The translations under genes and the position numbers were made by a program. Of a stretch of 64,000 bases of DNA, positions 23,401 to 31,972 are shown in pieces. The DNA is from Candidatus Kapaibacterium sp. (lineage in GTDB: Bacteria > Bacteroidota > Ignavibacteria > OLB7), in NCBI GenBank assembly GCA_035539855.1, contig DATLHO010000169.1, positions 23,883 through 87,882 on the forward strand. The letters run 5' to 3'. Position 1 is the first letter of the stretch. The number at the start of each line of letters is the position of its first letter. The notes beneath the pieces were generated by a model, which was not told the origin of the DNA, did not search any database, and worked only from the letters and a program-made list of their open reading frames with translations.

Positions 23401-23580
23401 GTCGCGCTGCGCCTGTTCGACGCTCGCGGCGTCGAAGTCCGCACGCTCCTGGCCGAGCGCCGCGAGTCCGGCCGTCACGCTGTCGTCGTCGACGCCGCAT
23501 CGCTTGCGGCCGGCACGTATCACGTCGTGCTCACCGTCGATGGCGAGCGCTCGACGAAGCCCGTCGTCATCGTCCGATAA
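20440..23580 (+). CDS. Secreted S8 (subtilisin-like) serine peptidase fused to BNR/Asp-box repeat region and T9SS-type C-terminal sorting domain
   Basis: Signal peptide. Catalytic triad motifs IIDSGVDWTHEDL (Asp), HGTTVAGCAAA (His), GTSFSSPITAGVASL (Ser). Five Asp-box-like repeats (GGTSWQK, DGGATWRA, DRGYTWT, NGGISWQT, DLGATWT). C-terminus LEPFPNPTGDLTTIGFEL…VALRLFDARGVEVRTLL…AGTYHVVLTVDGERSTKPVVIVR matches the por-secretion CTD consensus. Confidence 0.85.
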   Translation: MTSVRPAMLAAIASTAIATLALAFPLQARDARAAAHPSETRPRAEATYATGTVILKLRRGVANERRGVEFDVPAIDAVMQQIGASSRTPLFPRAPMSSTPAGVSGAAPSDAGFDRVYIVGYDGPFDPKWVSERLAATSAVDYAEPYYFFTTDGSPVNDPQLAQQYWLSVIKAQEAWDVTLGSPDVLIAIIDSGVDWTHEDLSESIWENVAETGTDGQGNDRRTNGVDDDGNGFTDDWHGWDLVGNVSIEDLMSRRFAPDNNAAPLLNGTHGTTVAGCAAARTNNGKGIASPGYSASILPVKVAADSVTTAISAGYEGIIYAADMRAAIINCSFGGAITGGSQALQQVIDYASAQGALVVAASGNSGQNVEAVTHVPAGLNGVLSVGATGMSDYADTSYTNSGLGVHVYAPGTNVLTTYPGNRYAGNGITGTSFSSPITAGVASLVLAVHPTWSAAQVATQLRITGDRTNINNASRFAPHFFRRVNAKRAVTINRSFDSGERMPGLAIESFRLNGRTRDTIRSLDDVMTVTLSLKNLLAPTTDLKIDTWPGQMLRARSVVSVPTIATAASAMVDIELEIDPESAERFSEGSFDLVLRLRDGSFEDVLPVRIPVKLAGWRQMAKFGGPSTAYATQSIAAPTPTAGWAVANVNGERPAFTRTSDGRSWATFRNIATTTEPVYCVAAVSAQLAWAGASPSSGSAAVYRTINGGTSWQKTAVTTITPFINAIHFFDENEGILIGDPRSSRWGIGMTTDGGATWRALPSPVPAGAGEAGWNNSFTAFGDNLWFGTNNNRIYRSTDRGYTWTSAQTPGVASFSLAFTSATEGLAVFKRTVSGQTWVGANALAVTRNGGISWQTIQLPYGMTADAATAIPGTNRILVATESGIVETADLGATWTVVAAPASVFNWKASESGARYGTGVQLAAATADGAVAAFGVNGTGTIIGYREEAPSAAPLEAEATRGMLLEPFPNPTGDLTTIGFELAAPASVALRLFDARGVEVRTLLAERRESGRHAVVVDAASLAAGTYHVVLTVDGERSTKPVVIVR

Positions 23581-23592
23581 CGTCGTAACCGA

Positions 23593-23650
23593 AACGGCCG
23601 CGGTCCGGACGCGCCCCGATTCGTCGGGTGCCCGCCGGTCCGCGGCCGTT
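23593..23650. terminator. Long imperfect inverted repeat (16-bp arms, about 26-nt spacer) downstream of the S8 peptidase
   Basis: aacggccgcggtccgg … ccggtccgcggccgtt with one mismatch. No T-tract, so possibly a terminator or a regulatory structure preceding the MFS gene. Confidence 0.35.
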
Positions 23651-23669
23651 GTCTTCATCGTTACGCGCC

Positions 23670-24848
23670 ATGCGTACTCGACTCCCCCGTGCCGTCTTCG
23701 TGCTCGGCCTCGTCTCGCTGCTGATGGACGTCTCGAGCGAGATGCTCTATCCGATCGGCCCCATCTACCTCGTCAGCATCGGCGCGTCGGTCGCGTGGAT
23801 CGGGATCATCGAAGGTCTCGCCGAGGCGATCGCCGGTCTCTCCAAGGGATACTTCGGATCACTGTCCGACAGCGTCGGCCGCCGCCGCCCGTTCGTCACG
23901 CTCGGCTATGTGCTCTCGGCGCTGAGCAAGCCGATCCCCGCCTTCGCAGCCTCCGTCGGAGGCGTCCTCGGCTCGCGCGTGATCGACCGCATCGGCAAGG
24001 GCGTGCGCACCGCGCCACGCGATGCGCTGATCGCGGGCTACGTCACCGAGGAGAATCGCGGCGCGGCGTTCGGACTGCATCGCGCGATGGACACCGTCGG
24101 CGCCGCCATCGGACCGATCATCGCGCTCGCCTACCTCGCCGTACGCCCCGGCGATTACACCACGCTCTTTCTCCTGGCATTCATCCCGTCCGCACTCGCC
24201 GCGCTGGCGACGCTCCTGGTGCGCGAGTCGCGCTTCGCGCCGGCGCCGGGGCGTCCGGGGATCGCGGCGTCGCTCGCCTTCTGGAGCGCCGCACCGTCGC
24301 AGTTCCGACGCGTCGTCGCGCTGCTGACGCTCTTCGCGCTCGTCAACGCGAGCGATGTGTTCCTGATTCTCCGCGCACGCGAGCTCGGCTTCGACGACAC
24401 CGCGGCGATCGGTGGATACATCGGGTACAACCTCGTCTTCGCCGCCGCTGCCTATCCCGCCGGACTCCTCTCCGACCGCTACGGCCGCCGCAGAATCGCC
24501 CTCGCCGGCTTCGCCCTCTACGTCGTGGTCTACCTCGGCTTCGCCTTCGCCGACTCGATCGAAGTCGTCTGGGCGCTCTTCGCGCTCTACGGCATCTACG
24601 CCGCGTCGACCGAGGGAATCGCCAAGGCGTGGCTCAGCGACCTCGTCCCGAACGAGCGTCGCGGCCTTGCGCTCGGACTGCAGGCGACGCTCGCGAGTCT
24701 CGCCGCCCTCGTCGCGAGCGGCTGGACCGGCGCGATCTGGTCGGTCGCCGGAGCGTCGACGCCGCTTGCGATCACCGCCGGCGTCGCGGCGATCGTCGGG
24801 CTCGGGCTCGCCGTTCTGGTGCCCGCTACCGGCGCTGATCGCTCCTGA
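23670..24848 (+). CDS. MFS transporter
   Basis: 12 predicted TM segments. LLMDVSSEMLYPIGPIYL start region. MFS signature-like GxxSDSVGRRRPF loop (motif A: …LSDSVGRRRPF) and second-half …LSDRYGRRRIAL. The ORF opens at 23628; the ATG at 23670 is preferred. Confidence 0.8.
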   Translation: MRTRLPRAVFVLGLVSLLMDVSSEMLYPIGPIYLVSIGASVAWIGIIEGLAEAIAGLSKGYFGSLSDSVGRRRPFVTLGYVLSALSKPIPAFAASVGGVLGSRVIDRIGKGVRTAPRDALIAGYVTEENRGAAFGLHRAMDTVGAAIGPIIALAYLAVRPGDYTTLFLLAFIPSALAALATLLVRESRFAPAPGRPGIAASLAFWSAAPSQFRRVVALLTLFALVNASDVFLILRARELGFDDTAAIGGYIGYNLVFAAAAYPAGLLSDRYGRRRIALAGFALYVVVYLGFAFADSIEVVWALFALYGIYAASTEGIAKAWLSDLVPNERRGLALGLQATLASLAALVASGWTGAIWSVAGASTPLAITAGVAAIVGLGLAVLVPATGADRS

Positions 24849-24920
24849 GCTCGCGATGAGCCACCGACTAACCGCCTGCGCGGTCATTCTCGTATGACCG
24901 CCGATCGCTCGACCGCGCGA

Positions 24921-25424
24921 TCACTCGCACTCGACGATCGTTTCGCTCCAGTCGAAGAGCACGACGGCCGGGAGCTTTCGCGTGCGCACGATGTGCAACG
25001 GCGTGGTCAGCGCCTGGGTGGTCATGCAGGTCGAGCCGGGAGACATCGCGACGATCCTCAGGCGCATTCCTTCGGGAATCTCCTCGAGCGTCTCGATCGT
25101 CACGCCGTGGCCGCCCGATCCCTTCATTCCGCTCGACGCGACGACGACGCTCGCGCCGGTGAAGTCGACCTGCGGAACCGGCGGCATCGGAGACTGCCCG
25201 GAGAAGAGCTTCGCCCAGAGGGCGTCGAGATCGTCCTGCGTGTTGACGACGATCGCGAGCTGCGCTTCGATCTGGTCGCTGTAGTGGCCATCGTCCTTGT
25301 AGAGCGTCTCGACCCGATTGTCCGACGGACGATCCGGACCCGACGATCCGCCGGTGTCCCGTGACGAAGAGCAGGCCATGAGCAGGAAGGAAACGGCGAT
25401 GATGGCGATGGGCGACAGAGACAT
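24921..25424 (-). CDS. Hypothetical lipoprotein
   Basis: Internal start MSLSPIAIIAVSFLLMACSSS (lipobox LMAC) preferred over the extended ORF to 25541. No confident family assignment. Confidence 0.5.
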   Translation of the reverse strand: MSLSPIAIIAVSFLLMACSSSRDTGGSSGPDRPSDNRVETLYKDDGHYSDQIEAQLAIVVNTQDDLDALWAKLFSGQSPMPPVPQVDFTGASVVVASSGMKGSGGHGVTIETLEEIPEGMRLRIVAMSPGSTCMTTQALTTPLHIVRTRKLPAVVLFDWSETIVECE

Positions 25425-25651
25425 CGAGCAACCTCGTTGGATTCTTTCAGAGAAGACGCGGCTCCGCCCGCGCGTGACCGGCGCCTGTGCGCCGTGAGGA
25501 CTCGCGCGCGACAGAGACTGCGGACGCCCGCTTCGGCGCAACCGCGGTCACGGCGAACGCTCGCGATTGGCTAACTTGCACGCAATTCAGCAGCCGGAAT
25601 CTATCCATCGGCGCGGTGTTCCCGCCGTCGCGCCAGCTTTTCATACGAACC

Positions 25652-27043
<1,392 letters not shown>

Positions 27044-27069
27044 GCTCTGCGGTGAGCGATTGATTGACA

Positions 27070-27104
27070 CTCCTCCCCGGATCGCTCTGGGGAGGAGTTT
27101 TTTG
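27070..27104 (+). terminator. Rho-independent terminator after icd
   Basis: ctcctcccc…ggggaggag stem followed by ttttttg. Confidence 0.8.
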
Positions 27105-27145
27105 TTCTGCAGATTGCGGTTCGTGCATCCAACATCGTCCCCGCT

Positions 27146-27736
27146 ATGACGACGCTTCACGGCTTCAACGCCACGCCGCATCCGAGCTCGAAGCTGCGCG
27201 AGTACCTCGAGGAGGTCCGCGGAGCCTACGTCGAGCGACTCGCGCGCGCGATCGCGAAGCGGGGCGAGCAGCAGACCGGCGTCGAGATCCTCGTCGAGCG
27301 CACCGACGACGATGAGCCCGAGCGACTCTTCAGGATGTTCCGCGCCGACATGCTTCTGGTCGATGGCGAAGCCGCACAGGTCGAGGTGATCGAGGGACCG
27401 TTCGCCATCGACGACGTCGTCTTCGACTTCGCCGGCGTGCCGATCACGATCCACGATCTCGCGTGGGAGAACTGCCTGGTCAGTGCCCGCGGCCCCGATC
27501 CGAATCTCGAGGCGATCGGACTGTGGGCGGTGCGTTGGCTCGACGTCGCGGAGCAGCGCGCGCCGGACGCGCGTGGGCTCCGACACGCGATCCATCAGGT
27601 CTCCCGTCCGCGCCGCCATGATGGCGACTGGTCGATCCACGTCGACTTCGGCTCGGCCGACGTCGACGCGTTCATCGAGCTGCTGCAGATCGCCACGTTC
27701 GAAGCGGCCGCTGTCGACATCTGGATCCCACAGTAA
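27146..27736 (+). CDS. Hypothetical protein (196 aa)
   Basis: Complete ORF with good codon bias. No recognised motif. Immediately upstream of the ADP-ribosylglycohydrolase gene. Confidence 0.5.
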   Translation: MTTLHGFNATPHPSSKLREYLEEVRGAYVERLARAIAKRGEQQTGVEILVERTDDDEPERLFRMFRADMLLVDGEAAQVEVIEGPFAIDDVVFDFAGVPITIHDLAWENCLVSARGPDPNLEAIGLWAVRWLDVAEQRAPDARGLRHAIHQVSRPRRHDGDWSIHVDFGSADVDAFIELLQIATFEAAAVDIWIPQ

Positions 27737-27806
27737 TCGCGCTCGACACCGTGCGAGCAGGTCGAGCACACGGCCATCACGGAGATCTCCGACATTCGAG
27801 GTCAGC

Positions 27807-28901
27807 ATGCCATCGCACCACATACTGCGCAGCCGGATCGAGGGAGGCATCCTCGGGCTGCTCGTCGGCGACGCGCTCGGCGTTCCGTACGAATTCAATT
27901 CGCCATCGAATCTTCCGCCGCTCGAGGCGATCGAGATGACGCCGCCCGCCGACTTTCGGCGGTCGCACGCGGGTGTGCTTCCGGGCACGTGGTCCGACGA
28001 CGGCGCGCAGGCGCTCGCGCTGCTTGCCTCGCTGCTCGAATGCGATCGGCTCGACCTCGACGACCTCGCGCGACGGCTGCTCGCATGGCGCGATCACGGC
28101 GCCATGACTCCCGACGATCGGATGTTCGACATCGGCGTCCAGACATCCGCAGCGCTCTCGGCGCTGGACCGGGGTACTCCGGCCGAGCAGGCGGGTCCGA
28201 GCGACGCGCGCAGCAACGGCAACGGCTCGCTGATGCGCGTGCTGCCGCTTGCACTGTGGCACCGCGGCAGCGACGAAGAGCTGGCAGCCGACGCGATGCG
28301 CCAGTCGCTCGTGACGCACGGGCACATTCGCTCGCAGCTCTGCTGCGCGTTGTACGTGCTCTGGGCGCGCGCGCTGATGCAGATGCCCGGTGACACATCC
28401 GTGGGCAAGGCGACCGGGCTCGACGAAGGATCGAAGAGCGACGACGCGACCGAGCGCGAAGTATGGTCTCACAGTGCTGATCCGATCGAGCGCGACGATC
28501 TGTCTCCGCGTGACGTCACCGGTGTCGACGATGCCTGGGCGCGCGCCGTCGCGACGCTGCGTGCGCTCCATGCGCCCGGCACGGTCGCCCGCACCGAGCT
28601 CGATACGGTGATCGACCCCGATGGCGAGCATCGTCCCGGCGGCTCCGGCTACGTCGTCGATGCGCTGCACTCGGCGCGCTGGGCCGTCGCGCAGGGAGCG
28701 TACGAATCCGTCGTCAAGCGCGCCGTCGGCCTTGGCCACGACACCGACACGACGGCCTGCATCGCCGGTGGCATCGCCGGCGTTCGCGACGGCGTCGAGG
28801 CAATCCCCTCGCGCTGGCTCGATGCCCTGCGAGGCATGTCGCTCGTGCGGCCGCTCATCGACGCACTTGTCGCACGTCACCAACCGATGGAGACATCATG
28901 A
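27807..28901 (+). CDS. ADP-ribosylglycohydrolase family protein (ARH/DraG-like)
   Basis: N-terminal GILGLLVGDALGVPYEF…GTWSDDGAQALAL and C-terminal GHDTDTTACIAGGIAGV di-metal-site motifs of the ARH fold. Start ATG 27807 within the longer ORF 27483-28901. Confidence 0.75.
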   Translation: MPSHHILRSRIEGGILGLLVGDALGVPYEFNSPSNLPPLEAIEMTPPADFRRSHAGVLPGTWSDDGAQALALLASLLECDRLDLDDLARRLLAWRDHGAMTPDDRMFDIGVQTSAALSALDRGTPAEQAGPSDARSNGNGSLMRVLPLALWHRGSDEELAADAMRQSLVTHGHIRSQLCCALYVLWARALMQMPGDTSVGKATGLDEGSKSDDATEREVWSHSADPIERDDLSPRDVTGVDDAWARAVATLRALHAPGTVARTELDTVIDPDGEHRPGGSGYVVDALHSARWAVAQGAYESVVKRAVGLGHDTDTTACIAGGIAGVRDGVEAIPSRWLDALRGMSLVRPLIDALVARHQPMETS

Positions 28902-29269
28902 TCAACGCGCTCGTTCCTTTCGTCCACGTCGCCGACGTCCAACGATCCATCGACTTCTACGCGAAGCTCGGCATGAGCGTGAGCAACACGTTCGTGCCGA
29001 CCGGCGATAACGACCCTGCGTGGGCATGGCTCGAGACGGGCAATGCGAAGTTGATGGTGGCTCGCGCCGATGGGCCGATCGATCATCGCCAGCAGGGCGT
29101 GCTGTTCTACACGTACTGCTCCGACATCGACGCCGTGCACGGCGCGCTGACGGAGGCCGGCGTGACCGTGGGACCGATCAAGCGGCAGTTCTACGCACCG
29201 AACGGAGAGTTTCGGATCGAGGATCCCGACGGGTACGTCGTCATGATGATGCAGGAGGTCAACGAGTGA
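28898..29269 (+). CDS. VOC (glyoxalase/bleomycin-resistance) family protein
   Basis: 123 aa, MINALVPFVHVADVQRSIDFYAKLGMSV… ATGA overlap with the upstream ARH gene. Confidence 0.7.
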   Translation: MINALVPFVHVADVQRSIDFYAKLGMSVSNTFVPTGDNDPAWAWLETGNAKLMVARADGPIDHRQQGVLFYTYCSDIDAVHGALTEAGVTVGPIKRQFYAPNGEFRIEDPDGYVVMMMQEVNE

Positions 29270-30012
29270 ACCAGCGGATGATGATGCTGATGCTGACGCT
29301 CGTCGTGGTCGGCTGCGCGGCAATCGGATCGCAAGCGCAAGGGCCGATCATCGATGGCGCTGCACTGCTGACGCCAACCGAGATTACGGCGATGCGTGAG
29401 CAGGTCTCGGAGATCGAGGAACGCTCGACGGTGCAGATCGCGGTGGTCACGGTGCGGGCGCTCGGCGAGGAATCGATCGAGAGCTACGCGCTGCGCACGT
29501 TCGCGGCGATGAAGCTCGGTCAGGCCGGCGTCAACAACGGAGTGCTGATCGTCGTCGCGCCCTTCGATCGTCGTATGCGCATCGAGGTCGGGACCGGACT
29601 CGAGTGGCAGATCCCCGACTCGACGGCCGCGGCGGTCATCGACGCGATGATCGAGCAGTTCAGGGCAGAGCACTTCGCGGAAGGCATCGTTTCCGCGATC
29701 GACCAGCTCGCGCGTCTCGCGACGGCTGTCGAATGGGGTGTGCGATACGACGACGTCGCGTCGCTCGTCGGCGACGGCACTGCGGCCGTCGGGCGCATCG
29801 CGGAGCTCGGCGGCACCGTCAGCGCGCTCGACGATACGGGCGCGGTTCTCGATGTCGACGGAGTCAGTGTCGACGCACGACTGCCACCGCACTGGAGCGG
29901 CACCGGCAGCCAGCTCGCGGTCGGCAGCCGCGTGTCGCTCGTTACCCGTGTCCGCTCCGTCTCGCCTCTGGTCGTCGAAGTGCTTGAGATATCAACAGCG
30001 ACCGGGCTATGA
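29266..30012 (+). CDS. TPM-domain (TLP18.3/Psb32/MOLO-1-like phosphatase) protein with extra C-terminal domain
   Basis: Signal/TM MMMLMLTLVVVGCAAIGSQAQ. TPM-like core GPIIDGAALLTPTEITAMREQVSEIEERSTVQIAVVTVRALGEESIESYALRTFAAMKLGQAGVNNGVLIVVAPFDRRMRIEVGTGLE. GTG start overlapping the VOC stop (GTGA); alternative ATG at 29278. Confidence 0.65.
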   Translation: MNQRMMMLMLTLVVVGCAAIGSQAQGPIIDGAALLTPTEITAMREQVSEIEERSTVQIAVVTVRALGEESIESYALRTFAAMKLGQAGVNNGVLIVVAPFDRRMRIEVGTGLEWQIPDSTAAAVIDAMIEQFRAEHFAEGIVSAIDQLARLATAVEWGVRYDDVASLVGDGTAAVGRIAELGGTVSALDDTGAVLDVDGVSVDARLPPHWSGTGSQLAVGSRVSLVTRVRSVSPLVVEVLEISTATGL

Positions 30013-31109
30013 GAGTTCCAACAATCTCCGACGTCGACGCGATCGCCGCGATGGGCGATCCGGCGGCGCGCAACCGCGCGATCACCGCGTGCTACCACGA
30101 GCTCTCGGCCGCGCTCGCTCCGATCGTCGGCGGCGGCGCGAACTGGTGCACATTCGCGACGTGGGCATCGCGGCAGGCCGGACAGACGATTCGCGGCGAG
30201 GATCTGCGGCAGTCGTTCGAGGACCACCTGCGGGGCTCGACCGAGCTGATCACGACGCTGGGACTGATCGCGCGCGCGGTCGCCGGAAGCGCGGTGCGTG
30301 ACGTCGAGACATTCATTCGACGCATGAGCGGGGCGCTCGATCTCGACGCCGCGTTCGCGCGCGCATCCGACGCGGTCGCTCGCGGCAACCGCAAGGTGTT
30401 CGAGGAGATCGCGCGCGAGTTCGCCCGCTTCCTCGAGACCGTTGCCCGCGACGAATCCTACGACGAGGCGCGCGTCGTCGCGTTCTGCGGCGCGCTGCGC
30501 GACGGCGATCCTCCCGACGGCCAGCGCCACCTGCGCGACGCGTTCGCGACGTACGCGCGGGCGCGCTTCGAGACCGACGCGGTGCGCCGCGCGCAGATGC
30601 TCTTCCGCGCGAACCTGCTCGTCGGGCTGCACGAGCAGACGCGGCTGCAGCCGGAGATCGCCGAAGCGATCACGACGACGCTGGGCGAGCCCGCGGAGCT
30701 GCGCCGGCGCCTGCGCGCGATCGTGCTGCCGGGCGTCTGGTCGACGATCGTCAACGGGCTCGCGGGACTGTTCCGGCGGCGACCGCCGCTCGACCCGCTG
30801 CTCGACCGACTCGTCGCCGAAGTGACGCTCGCGCTGCGCCGCGTCGTGACCGCCGCGCTGATGACGCTGCACATGCCGCGCGGCGTGGTGCTGCGCCTGG
30901 GCCAGGACCTGACCGGGACATATCCGCCATCCCTGGCGACGATCGCCGATGCCGAGCTGCAGGCGCTGCTGGCGCGCATCGATCCGACACCGAACAGCCT
31001 GCGCGAGAGCGGCGCGATCGACTGGGCGGACTTCAACGATCGCATCCACTACATCGCGGAGCTTTTCCGCACGCGGCACGAGGACGCGTCGCTCTTCGAC
31101 GCGCCGTGA
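30009..31109 (+). CDS. Hypothetical protein (366 aa), translationally coupled to the TPM gene
   Basis: ATGA overlap with the upstream gene. Helical, Arg/Ala-rich. No recognised domain. Confidence 0.55.
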   Translation: MRVPTISDVDAIAAMGDPAARNRAITACYHELSAALAPIVGGGANWCTFATWASRQAGQTIRGEDLRQSFEDHLRGSTELITTLGLIARAVAGSAVRDVETFIRRMSGALDLDAAFARASDAVARGNRKVFEEIAREFARFLETVARDESYDEARVVAFCGALRDGDPPDGQRHLRDAFATYARARFETDAVRRAQMLFRANLLVGLHEQTRLQPEIAEAITTTLGEPAELRRRLRAIVLPGVWSTIVNGLAGLFRRRPPLDPLLDRLVAEVTLALRRVVTAALMTLHMPRGVVLRLGQDLTGTYPPSLATIADAELQALLARIDPTPNSLRESGAIDWADFNDRIHYIAELFRTRHEDASLFDAP

Positions 31110-31325
31110 CCGTCGGCCGGCGCTACACATTTGCTCACAAAGCGCATCAGCCCTATCTTTGACGCGTCTCTGCGTCGCACACCCCGCGCGTTATTCGACC
31201 CGGACCTGCCACGCGCCTCTCGCATTCCAACGATCCTGCAATCCACGCCCACGGCCTGATTTCGCCCATTGCGGCGGATCGCCCGCGGCATACCCGTTTG
31301 TGTCGTCCATTCTCCCGGACCTCCG

Positions 31326-31940
31326 ATGAAAGCACTTCTCCTCGGTGCAGCCCTGCTGCTCACTCTCGCGCTTCCCGCGACCGCCCAAAAGGCCTCGATG
31401 TGGAAGCACCTGCAGCGCCCCGACGCCGGCGCCTCGCTTCGGTTCATGACGCTCTCCTCCGGTGACACCAGCCGTTTCGAGATGACCGGCATCGGCGCGA
31501 TCGGAGGGTTCAACCTGCCGTTCCTGGAGCTCGGCGAGGACATGAGTCTCGGTTTCAACCCAAATATCGTTTGGGGGTACTACCTGTCGACGGACATGCT
31601 CGGAATGTCGTTCGAGATCCCCGCCTACATCACGTTCAAATGGGGCACCGACGCTACCTGGGGAGGTTCGAAAAGCTGGGTCGGCACGACACTCGGTCTC
31701 GGCTACGACTACAACGTTCTGGTCCTGTCGGAGCTCGGCATTGTCAGCTATGGCATCCCGAGCCTCATGGCCGAGGTGAACTTCGGCAAGCGCCGCGGCG
31801 GCGTCGGCCTGATCAAACTGCGCTATTCGATGGGACTCGGCGGCTACACACACGAGGTCCTCGACGACTCCAGTTCCGACATCTACAACCTCGACTTCAC
31901 GCAGTACGGCTTCGACCTGATCATCACGAGCGGATACTGA
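31326..31940 (+). CDS. Hypothetical secreted protein, beta-strand-rich (possible small OM barrel)
   Basis: Signal MKALLLGAALLLTLALPATAQ. Alternating hydrophobic pattern with many G/Y/W/T. Lower GC than surroundings by eye. Confidence 0.5.
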   Translation: MKALLLGAALLLTLALPATAQKASMWKHLQRPDAGASLRFMTLSSGDTSRFEMTGIGAIGGFNLPFLELGEDMSLGFNPNIVWGYYLSTDMLGMSFEIPAYITFKWGTDATWGGSKSWVGTTLGLGYDYNVLVLSELGIVSYGIPSLMAEVNFGKRRGGVGLIKLRYSMGLGGYTHEVLDDSSSDIYNLDFTQYGFDLIITSGY

Positions 31941-31972
31941 TCAACCCTGCCCCAACCCAATTCCCCGATACC

